From the human T2T-CHM13v2.0 reference genome, Homo sapiens: 64,000 bases of DNA. Position numbers and translations under genes: made by a program. The stretch is from assembly GCF_009914755.1 (NCBI RefSeq), contig NC_060939.1, one strand, 5' to 3'. Every line of letters starts with the position of its first letter. The stretch's first letter is position 1. A model generated the notes under the pieces. That model did no database searches. It had not been told where the DNA came from and saw only the letters and a list, made by a program, of their open reading frames with translations. Below are positions 49,184 through 64,000 of this stretch, in pieces.

Positions 49184-51427
49184 TCAGCTCATTGGAATTA
49201 ACTTATCTTTTTTTATGGAATAAAGTATTGCCTGATTCTAGAATTGCAAATAAAGCCAGTTGAGGCCTTTAAACTAGATTCGTTGTCATTTGGTCTTTTC
49301 ACAGTCATCACTGGATCCCCAGCTCCAAGAACACTGCCTGGCACACAACTGTGCTATGCGCACACGTTTATCTTTATTAAAGCACCTCAGTGGGCTTGCA
49401 GAGAAAAATAACAAAGAACCGTTCTGAATTTCCATAAACATTTTACTAGCTGATAATAAGATTGTGCTCACTTTTCAGTCGGGGTTCTAAAATTAAATTA
49501 AATCTGTGACTTTTTACAAGGGTATTTCTTTAATGGCATGAAATATGTAGAAAGCAAAGAATTTTCTAGTGAAGAGGCAAGTGCAACGTCATCACACTTC
49601 ACAGATATGGAAACTCAGGCCCAGAGAGGTGGAGCAGCTGTCCTGTGGCTACACATCTGAACTGGGGTTTGGACTAAGGATTCCCAGTGGCTCTTGTTCA
49701 TCACTCCTGATTGCTCTCAGATTAGCTGCTCCTGCAGTCCCCAGGCGGGGAATCGAGGTGCGAGCGAGGCCTGTGTATGGCAAAGTGCAGCTGGATGGTA
49801 CCACTCGGGGTAACTTGCGTCTTCTCTAGACATTTACCTGTGTTCATTTGGGGGAGCATTTCCAAGGACACAAATAGACTGATGTGGAAAAAAACCTATA
49901 ACTTTTCTTAGTAGCTGAGATAACCCTGGGGATGGAGCTGCTTTAAAGGGGGCCAGGGGTCCAGGTCCCCAGGGAGGTGGGCGGCTGCCGAACAGCCTGC
50001 CAATCATGGTGGCTTCGGTTTACGGCTTCTGATCTGCTGAGTACTGAAATCTCGCCTGGGGCTGGTGTGCCTGTGGCATTGCTGGGACCAATTAAAATAC
50101 AAAACAAAACAAACAAAAAAACAAAACAAAAAATGTCAGCAGAGGCTGCGAAGAGAGAGGTCAAGGAGGGACAACAGGGAGGCACAGAGATTGTGCAGTT
50201 TGTCTACTGTGTTCTCAGCCTTCCCCAAGATTTCCATAACAATGTGTCCTTGTGGGGAATGGGGCAGTCCAGGCTGACCCCAAGGGTCTAACAAAGGGAC
50301 AAAACCAAGAGACAACTTTTCTGAGTCAAAGATTCTCAAATGAAATGGATCTGAATGGTAGGTGCGAGGACAGCAGGACCCGGCTCCTTGATCTTGGGAA
50401 ATGTGTTAATGAGCTGGGGGTGTGCAATGAGGTTGCGCTCACACCCTCCAGCTCCAAAGGGGGTTGGGGGCTGGGAGCCTTCTGGTGGCCTGGCTCGGGC
50501 GCAGCTGCACCCTGCGTTGTGTAGGAGAGAACGCTCCATCCTGATTATGTAAATCAAAGTCCAACTGTCAACATTATGCACTAGCAAAGAATTCTCCTCT
50601 GTGATGATGTGAATTTCAATGGAGCTTCAAGGCCTCCCTCAGTGGAGGAGTGGCTTTGTTCCGTGAAAGGAGGAAAGGTAAACTCTTCATCAAAAACTCC
50701 CATGCCTCACCACGAAGAATGAAGAGACAGAAAAGCAGCTAGTGAGTGGCATGCACCTGTCTATTTCAGCAGCCTGTCATCTGTGCAGATAAGAACTCTC
50801 CTGGCCTTGGTGCTGTAAGGGATGCTAGTCACCTTACCCCCTAGCAAATGTGTGTAATCTGCACAGAAACCTGTGGGGAGAAGGAGGTGGCTGGCTGATT
50901 TTTGCCAGCACACAGACACCACCCCAGGGTAGCCTCAGTTCTGCCGTCTGTTAGACAGCTGGGTGGTCTGATGGTTCCCTAGGCATGCTGGGAGCCAGGC
51001 AGCCAGGGTGGGCACCAGGTCTCCTCCTCCCCTCCCCGCAGTCCTGGGCAACCTGCAGATGCCCTGCACAGCACACACGGCAAGAGTGCAACCCACCCGT
51101 GTCCCTCCAAGCTGCAGTGGAAGAGTGGAAGAGTGACCTCGCAGGTCTGAGAGTGGCTGGTTCATGTGAGATGCCGTGACCAACCTTTCTAAAGTGGAAA
51201 ACACTCAAGTAACCTAATAGCCAATGTCCCAGATCTACGTGGAAGGGAACTGAGGGCTGGGGAGGCCAGGCAAGAAGCAAAATCCGTGAATGGCCAGAGG
51301 GAGACTCTATTGGCTTTAGGGTGGGGGCAGGCAGGAGAAGGTGGCTTTCAGGACCCCTGAGAGTTTACCCTGGTCTCTGAGGAGCCACCGGTAGCTACTG
51401 CTGCAAGAAAACAACATCCTGGCTTAG

Positions 51428-51926
<499 letters not shown>

Positions 51927-52470
51927 GTGCATCTTTAAAATCCCTCTTCCATCTTGACATTCTGCCAATTTCTTCAATTCTGAAACTTGAAGATATTCTG
52001 TTGGCGAGCATTGACGATTTGGTAGTGACTTTGGGCAGCAAATTCTTTTCTTTTCTGTCTTTCTTTCTTAAATATCCTGTGCTTGCTGCATCCCCAGGCC
52101 TGGGCGGCAGAAGGAGGAGCCCATCCTCTAGCTGTGCAGGAAGTAAGGGGTAAAGCCCATTCTCCATTTCATCCTTAGGAGCTAACTCCTAATCTTGTGT
52201 TGCCCGCAGCCCTAAGTGTTCTTAAGTGTCCTCAGCCTAGCCTGGGCTCCTGAAATGGTGATGTATTTTGCATGGAAAGGGTTTCTTCTATAGGTGACTC
52301 TGGGTTAAAAGGAGGTTTCTTTCCTGCAGGACTTATCAGAGCCTTTAGTTTGCTGATGTGCATTGTGGATCTCTAACGGAGGACTCTGTGATCCCTTTGG
52401 TTTGGAGCTGGGCATGCCCTCAGGCTGGCGTTCCCAGGTGCATTTGGTGTTAGGCTATAGAGGGACCCCT

Positions 52471-53345
<875 letters not shown>

Positions 53346-54560
53346 CTCTGGTGAGGGTTGAAGCAGGGTAATACCTCAGTTGTTTACCGTCACTCCCAAC
53401 TGGTCGGAGATTTTTACTCAAGTCTAAGACCCCTCTCCCTCACTCTCAGGCCAACTAAACAAAGCGGCCAAGTGTTTTATACCCTCCTGGCCAGAGTCCT
53501 CCCTGGAGTTCACAGGGCTGCCTTCTGCCCAGCACCCACTCCTGCCAAGGGTATCCCCTTGTCTCTCATAGCCTGGAGGGTGGCCTGCCCAGGGCCACAC
53601 AGCTCCTTGGCACAGGCCCCCTTGCTGAGCAGCTACCCTACAGAAGGTCTCCAGGCTGTGCTGGCAATTCAGTGGGCATGGGGTGCTCTGGCCAGGGTTT
53701 GGTGTGGGGCAGCTGCCAGCCCCATCCAGCCCAGTGGTGCTTCTTGGCCCTGGCTGGACCCAGTGTACCATAAACTCCGTACACCTTCTTAGACATCACT
53801 GGTTCCCTCCCTGTCCCACATCCTCCTCCAGCCCTGCTGGGACTGTCTCCCTCACCTCTGACCTCACATCTCCCTCACACTGTCTTCTCTGGCTCTCCAG
53901 GGATCAATGTCCATTTGGCAAATGACCCTGGTCCTGGCCCATTCCCTGTCCTCCCACCTCCTGGCCTTGGCTGAGGCCTTTGCCCCTCAGTGTGCAGGAA
54001 CCAGGCAAGTGCCCTTTTTGCCATCCCGCTAAAAGTAGAGGATACAGAAGAACAAGGAATCCAAGAGAACGAGGTACTGGACTTGGACCTCCCTGGTAGG
54101 TGGCGGTGACTCCAGCAAGCTCTAGAGAGGGGGCTGGACATGTTGTCCCTAGGAAGACCTGCTGTCACATGGCTGAATGGAGTACTTACTGGCCAGCTGG
54201 CCTGCTCTCAAGCTTGGGGTCCTCTATAGCACACCCTACCCCAACTCAAGGGTCCTTGAACCCATCACTCAGGCCCTGGGCCCCATCCCTCAAGGGCAGT
54301 TGCCTGCAGAACTCTGCTCAGGCATGGGCATGGATTAGTGCCTGGGTCTGAAGTGCCCCCCAACCCTCTATGGGCACAGATGTGGGACCACCTGCCCAGC
54401 TTGGAGGCTGGTGAATCAGGCATGTCTCCGCTTCAGGAGTTCTCCCAGGACTGGGTTCAAAAGGTGTCTTCAGCAGCCCTGGGCACTGCTGCCCTGGAAG
54501 ATGCTCCTGTGGAAGTGGCCCACTGCAGGGCCTTGGACAAAGTGGACCCCTGACTGAGGC

Positions 54561-55975
<1,415 letters not shown>

Positions 55976-56536
55976 AGGTCCCTTGGACAAGGCTTCCACC
56001 GTTGAGATTCTTTCTCAGCTGGAGAGAGGACCAGAGTCCTGCTTCCCAGGACTGGGGAGAGGATTGAATGGGATGTGTGGAGTCTCTTGGACCCCAGTAC
56101 TCCAAGTGTGTTCCAAGCATGGGCTGCAAACTGTTGGCTACTGGCCATACCCAGAGGGTTCAGAAACGACAGCCTACATTTAGACCTAATTTTAGCAGAT
56201 TGAAAGAATCAATGTCTGTCTACGGAATTTAACAATTAAAGAAAACTTAGGGCTTGGATTTTGCATGTCATTTTAAAATTTCATTTTTTGGCAATTCATT
56301 TTTATTGCCTTGTATGAAAGTACAGGTCTTCAATGGATTGAAAAATTTAGCAAGACAGCAATGAGCCCTTTGTCACAGACAGATTTTGGGTTTTATTCTT
56401 TGTATGATGTGAAGCCATAGAGAGATGGGTGAGGGTGGCATGGGGTGTGTTACATTCAAGGCCTCTGATGAGGACTGGGGAACAGAGGAGGTTTTCTGGG
56501 TCTCCTCCTTCTGTGAGACAGGAATTGTTTTGAATC

Positions 56537-57198
56537 TGAAACTGCCTTTGCAAAATTATGACTAAGACAGTGAAAGAGATCTAACTTAATCAACTCCATC
56601 TTGCTTCTAACCTCTAAGCTGTCCTTGATCATTCCTGGGCGCAGGCTGAACTAACTTTCGGATAAACTTAGTTTATAATTTATAGTTTAAACAAAGACTA
56701 TAACAGCCCTTTCCCAAAGCCGACCTCCTTCTTGCCGGGGGACTAGACTGCCTTTGTAGGACTAACATTAGCCACAAGATTAGAAATTACGGTTTAGGAG
56801 TCAGGCAGCTGGAGGCTACAAGATTCTGACCCTCCCTAAACTGCTCCTAAGAGCAGTGCTTGAGATATTTTGCAGAACCTGCACTTGATGGATCTGCTGG
56901 TACCACCCAGATCAATACACTGGCTCATCTGATCTTGTGACCCCCACCCAGGAACTGACTGAAAACAGGATGACAGGTCTGACTCCCTGTGATTTCATCC
57001 TTGACCAATCAGTACTCCTGGCTCACTGGCTTCCCCCCACCCACCAAGTTATCCATAAAAGCTCTGCTCCCCGAATGCTCAGGGAGATTGATTTGAGTAA
57101 TAATCCGTGTGAATTATTCTTTCTCTTTGCAATTCCCCTGTCTCCATGAATTGGCTCTGTTTAAGCAGCAGGCAAGGTGAACCCCTTGGGTGGTTACA
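56537..57198 (+). mobile_element. LTR8 ERV1 solo LTR
   Basis: TGAAACTGCCTTTGCAAAATTATGAC...GGTTACA; TSD AATC/AATT. Confidence 0.88.
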
Positions 57199-57843
57199 AA
57201 TTTCCATGTGGAATTCTGCATCCAAGCAGATTCCAAATACAGCCTATGTGAGTGTACATGAAACTTCCCTGGGTTCCAGCAACACTCTCTGGGAAATGGA
57301 GGTGCTGTAGCCTCAAAGGGAGCCAAGCGTGGTCCTAGTGCTTCGGGCCCAGGGAGAGGTGAGAGCTGCTGTCCCCTGAGCCGGGGGCGTGCCTGCTACT
57401 CAGTTGCTCTGAAGAGTGGGAGACTGCAGTGGGGGAGCTTGGTGAAGGAGGCTCCTGCCTGCAGCTCCAACCACACATGGTTAGACAAGGAAGCTCAGAT
57501 AACCAAGGGGAGTTTGCAGAAGTTCTTCTTAGCTCCACTCTATCACCTGTTTGTGCCTTAGGCAGGCACAAACCGTTGAGGCTGTGCTCCTCAGCTTCAC
57601 CCTCACTCTTCCTGTGGCTCGCTTGCGAAGTATCAAAACATGTTTAAATTGTGAAAACATTTAATTCAAAATTAAATTTCAAAATCATAGACAAGACTGA
57701 TATAACAGACAAGTGAAGACCCACAATTCTGTTTTACAGATGTTGTGACTTTACATGTGTACTTATATATATTTTTCTCTCTTAAAAGGAGGGAAGGAAG
57801 AAGGGAGAAAGGGAGGGGGAGAGAGAGAGAGAATGAACATTAC

Positions 57844-58938
<1,095 letters not shown>

Positions 58939-59032
58939 TTATAGATACAGCTAACCATCTCCACTTTGAAGAGATGTATGTATTTATTTTGGATTTCCCT
59001 TGTTTTAGATTTTTCTATAAATAGTGTACTTA

Positions 59033-59320
59033 CATTTATTTTTTTTTTTTTTGAGATAGGGTCTCACTCTGTTGCCCAGGCTAGAGTGCAGCTCGCTGCA
59101 TCCTTGACCTCCTTGGGCTCAAGTAGTCCTCCCACCTCAGCCTCCTAATACCTGGGACTACAGGTGCACTCCACCACACCTGGTTAATTTTTTGTATTTT
59201 TCATAGAGATGGGGCTTCACCATGTTGCCCAGACTCGTCTCAAACTCCTGGACTCAAGCAATCTGCCCGCTTTGGCCTCCCAAAGTGCTGGGATTACAAG
59301 TGTGAGCCACCACGCCTGGC
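59033..59320 (-). mobile_element. AluJ within old L1 fragments
   Basis: GGGCTCAAG..TCCTCCCACCTCAGCC. Confidence 0.88.
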
Positions 59321-60333
59321 TAGTGGCTTATTTTTTAATCCAGCAGTATGTTCTGAGGTTTATCCATGTTGATACAGGTGGCTTGGTTCATTTGTTTTAA
59401 GTGCTGTGTAGTATTTCATTATGTGAATAAACAAAAGCTTACCTATACTGTTTTGAATGAACTGTTTGTTGTTTCTGGTCTTCTACAGCATGAATGTGAA
59501 TGTGAGCATTTTTGCACATTTCCTTGTACACATGTGCTAGAATTTGTCTAAGGCAGATGGGTACAATTGCTGGGCTATCCTATTATTAATCGTATTTAGG
59601 ATCTTGAACTTTGACTCTTGACTTTATGTGTCTTTTAGCAACAACAAAAAAAATGTAGACAGGGATAAAAGTGCAAGGCAGAATCTCATTTTTCTTCTCC
59701 TGCATGAGTACTTGGAGGTCTTTCCTGGAAGAGGGACTGTTTTGGCCAGTGGGGCCTCCAAGCAGCAGGCTGCTGAGGGATGGAGCTCAAGGGTCCCCAG
59801 TGTCCCCAGGGATTTGCTCACTGCCTCAGGATTCCACGCTGTGCACCCCAGTTGGTCTAAGACCAAGGGAAGAGCTTCAGAGCTGGGAAGAGCTGGCCAG
59901 ACAAGGACAAAGGGTCAGATCTGCCTTGTACAAATAGAGGGCCAGGCGAGATGACCCTGGAAGACTCGTACATAGTGCAGTTTGTGTTTGTTTTTCCCAC
60001 AGGGCAGCTGGTGTGTTTCAACAAACACGGTGCAGAGGGGTGCTGCTTTCGATTAGGAAACCGGGAACCGACACTGAGCTGCTGCGTCAATGAAGGGCCT
60101 AGTGTGCAACGAGATAGAATGAAAACAGCCCACTGTATGCTCATGTGATTTCACGGCTGTTTCCTAGTACTTCTTTAAGAATGGCTTCCTTAAAGCCAGA
60201 GGTATTGTCTTTCATTCTTCCACCAATAATTTTACTTCTTAAGTGAGGGCTTTTATAAATAGGCCTTAGGGCAAACTGTGCCATCAAGGTTCTTAACTCC
60301 TACAAGTTTTTGTAGGAGTTTGGCATGCACCAC

Positions 60334-61172
<839 letters not shown>

Positions 61173-63015
61173 CCACCACAGCATGGGATCACCTCAGATA
61201 GGGGGAGGAGGTCACCTTCGTCCTTGGGCTTGAAGTAATGCAGTGTGAGGTCCTGTAGGAATGGCTGTGCGTGTGCGGGTATAAAGGAGGTGCTGTTTTT
61301 CAGTCTGGACCAAAATCGAAGTGATTCTCCCCTCCTCCCCTTTTGCTGAATTCCCTGCTCCCAGACCCTACCCATTGCAATTTCAAGGCACCAAACATAC
61401 AGCAGTACACTGGGCACAGGTGAACAGGTGACATCAAATTCAAGAACAACAAAAGCCTGTTCCTTTTCAGAGCTTATCAGCAAGAACAGTGTGGGCCAGC
61501 TTTGTGCTGGGGAGGAGGAGGTCACGTGGAGCCACCTGGCCCGGGCTGCACGGCCAGTGGCATGTCTCTTGTTTCTGCCAAATGCAGCAGTGCATTTGCG
61601 AATGTGAACTTACACAAGAACATGGGTATGTGCTGTCTCTAAAAATAATGCTGACTCTCACACATGCGCACAAAAGCAGATATATGCGCCTGTCCCCCAC
61701 TGAGCCCCAAGGATGGATCTTTCCCATTTTGGAATGGAGGCGAGCTTTAACTCTTTATTGTTATTATTTTTTAAAGAGCCTTTTATTTTTTCTATTTGCA
61801 TTTTCAGGTTCATGAGATGTCAGAGACTTGCAAACACCTGGTTCAACATCTGCTTCTGCCCCATTTTATGGACGGGGAGACTGCAGCCTGGTGAGCTGGG
61901 TATGGATGGGAAGCAGTTCCCGCCTAGGGCTCTGTTTTTAGCCCAGATAAATAACCTCTCTGAGTGTGGTCACCTGGCTCACACTGCTTCAGCGGCTCCG
62001 TTCCCAGCTCTGGGGTACTGGTGGGCATGTCGTGGGTGCTCAGTAAGTGCCAGCTGGGGGGCTGTATCCTCCCCAGCCCACACAAGGGCTGCACCTACTG
62101 CCGCTCTGCCAGCTCCCTTGCTGCCTCCCCCCACCCTTCTGTGCACAATGGGCAGCCCCCTGGAAGAAGCAGAGATCCCCACTGAGCCCTCAGGGCATGC
62201 AAGTGGTGTCCAGAGGCTTCCGGTGTGGTCTGGGCTTGCCTCCCACTGCATGCGAGGGGCAGTCAGGGAGTTAGGGTGAGGTGGTGGCCTGCCCAGTCTC
62301 CTTGGGCTCAAGTGGTCCTTTAAGGCAGCCCTGGGTGCTCAGTTCCCAGGCTGGCTCAGAGTCACCTAGGAAAAGCACACCTAAGATTCAAATCAGCATG
62401 TGCTGTGGGAGGTCCTGTCTGGGGTTCCTGGGAGAGGCCGTTCCCCACAGCTGGTGCCTAGTCCTGGGAGCCTCTTGCCCTCCCAGGTTCTCACTTAGGG
62501 CCCCTCTGGCCCTCCCTCCTGTTAGATGCTGCTGCCTGCTTTCCTCTGCCAGACCCCATCCCCTAAGGGCGAGGCCCAAGCCTGAGTCATCCCTGGGTCC
62601 CCATGGCCCACACAAACATCTGATGCAGAACAGAGGGTGAGCTTGAGTCCAGCAGAGAGAACTAAGGGGCACCACCCTCGTGGGGAAAGCAAGAGATGCA
62701 AAACTCCGCAACTGCTGACTCTGGAATGGTGAAAGGATTTGTGCCACTCAGACGCCTCCCGGGTTTGCCACAGCCACTCGAAGGTGGGAGCAACTGAGAC
62801 CACAGGCGTTGGACACCGTGGCAGGAAACATAGGGCACCTTCTGAGAAGGGACCCTGACGTGAGAGCTCTGAACACCCCATGCCCCATGCCCACCCAGCA
62901 CAGTTTGGGAGGACAGGACCCGCTGGGCCAGCACTCTGAGATGACAGAGCTGGAGACCAGTGTCCCTCTGCCCTTCCGCCCAGCTGCCCGCAGGCCACTG
63001 GCAAAGCTCACTCAC

Positions 63016-63069
63016 CTTCTGCGACCCTGATGTGGAGCTCTTGAGCGAGCCCCGCTTGAAGGAGCTCAT
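63016..63069 (-). CDS. TRPM1: TRPM1 upstream first coding exon (exon 0) of the long isoform, MSSFKRGSLKSSTSGSQK
   Basis: ATG at 63069-63067 and 18 codons matching the recalled TRPM1 long-isoform N-terminus. It ends at AAG|GTGAGT, a phase-0 donor at 63015. The next coding exon (GQKSWIEK...) lies outside the window. Confidence 0.95.
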
Positions 63070-63380
63070 CTCTCTCAGTGAGCCTGTGAGCCACCCTGCT
63101 GACTCCCTCGGGTGGCCAGGCCAGTGGCACAGGGGCTGCCCTCCCTGGGTGGGCAGGAGCGGAGCCACACACTCGGCGGCAGCCCCACACTCGGCGGCAG
63201 CCCCACGCACTGGGCGAGGGGGCCGAGATCCTGGGGCGAGGCCGGCCGGAGGCTGGTTCAGCCTAGGAGGAGCATGTGCTGGCTTTTGGTGGCCCCTCCT
63301 GCCCGACTCCTGCTACCACCCCCAACATCTGTAATCAGGCTTAATCCCTCCATCCCCAAAAGGTTTAGAGGGAAGAGATT
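63070..63380 (-). promoter_or_regulatory. TRPM1: 5' UTR and proximal promoter of TRPM1 exon 0 (TSS position uncertain)
   Basis: GC/CpG-rich sequence directly upstream of the ATG. Motifs: TAATCA 63332-63337, TTAATCC 63341-63347 (OTX2/CRX-type) and CATGTG 63273-63278. Confidence 0.7.
63168..63206. repeat. 18-bp tandem duplication CACACTCGGCGGCAGCCC x2.2
   Basis: Read directly from the sequence. Confidence 0.9.
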
Positions 63381-64000
63381 TAGCAAATGGAGATTGAAAG
63401 TAAATCTACTTTGAGAAAGTGGTGGCTGCAAAGGGTGGTCAAATGGGAAGGATTTGGGCGTCTGGAAAGGCGCATTGCGAGGGCAGACAGCCCCTTGCTG
63501 CTGGCATCTGAGGCCCCTTGGAGGGTGGCATCCAGATCCCAGAGGCCCGGTGCCCACCTGGCCAACCGCCTGAGTCTCAGAGAAGAATTTGCATCCAGGC
63601 CCAGGCTGTGGGTCTCAGCTCTCTCCTTGGAGCTGCCAGTGCGCATTTTCGCCCCGTTAATCTGGCAGCGACACAGCAAGCCTTCTTCTGAAGATCCTGT
63701 GGCCGGTGGCCCGTCTGTTCTGTGCTGCTCTGTGTGTGGGGCTCTCTGTGTCATTTCTGATTTCAGGGGTGCCTGTCTTGCCCCTCTTAAAGGCAGATGG
63801 GGTCATGGGTCTTTGCAGCACAAGCCTGGCCTGAAGTGTACCACCCTTGCTGCCGACCCTCCTCTGTCTCTTACAGGCACATGCATGTCACCTCCCACAT
63901 GCAAGGGAACAGACTGGAGCTCAGAGAGAACAGGCCATGTATTCCCATCGTCTTAGATAGATTTTTATCTAAGGACCAGCAAGCTGAAAATAAAATAATA

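Noticed and set aside
62662-63015. Continuation of the 182-aa ORF beyond SGSQK
   Set aside because: It lies past the AAG|GTGAGT donor, so it is intronic read-through.
61713-63956. Plus-strand 188- and 189-aa ORFs near exon 0
   Set aside because: They have no recognisable homology and are expected by chance in GC-rich sequence.

Overview
Human (primate) genomic DNA from the 5' end of TRPM1 (melastatin-1, 15q13.3), with the gene on the minus strand. Identification rests on the peptide MSSFKRGSLKSSTSGSQK, encoded by a 54-nt coding segment at 63069-63016 that ends at a phase-0 GT donor (the upstream first exon of the long isoform). A second, non-coding first exon (~3812-3747) lies under an MITF E-box/M-box promoter. 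The ~59 kb between them is mostly transposon-derived: ~40 Alus, a ~10 kb antisense L1MC with nested insertions, a ~10.6 kb decayed ERV1 provirus with gag and env remnants, about a dozen other (mostly solo) LTRs and several DNA transposons. No other protein-coding gene, tRNA, rRNA or CRISPR array is supported, and most of the ORF track is Alu- or chance-derived. The strongest leads are: (1) a CpG-retaining unique block at ~12.5-12.75 kb that reads like a cryptic or vestigial third TRPM1 first exon, in phase with the next coding exon; (2) an 81-codon open frame upstream of the exon-0 ATG that resembles the TRPM3 N-terminus; (3) a 12 x 16-bp minisatellite whose last unit is the exon-1 splice donor; (4) a sense-oriented LTR12 with five CCAAT boxes; (5) an AluYa5 with no target-site duplication; and (6) a near-identical inverted duplication inside the old provirus. 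Repeat subfamily names and homologous protein sequences are from memory and need RepeatMasker or alignment confirmation.
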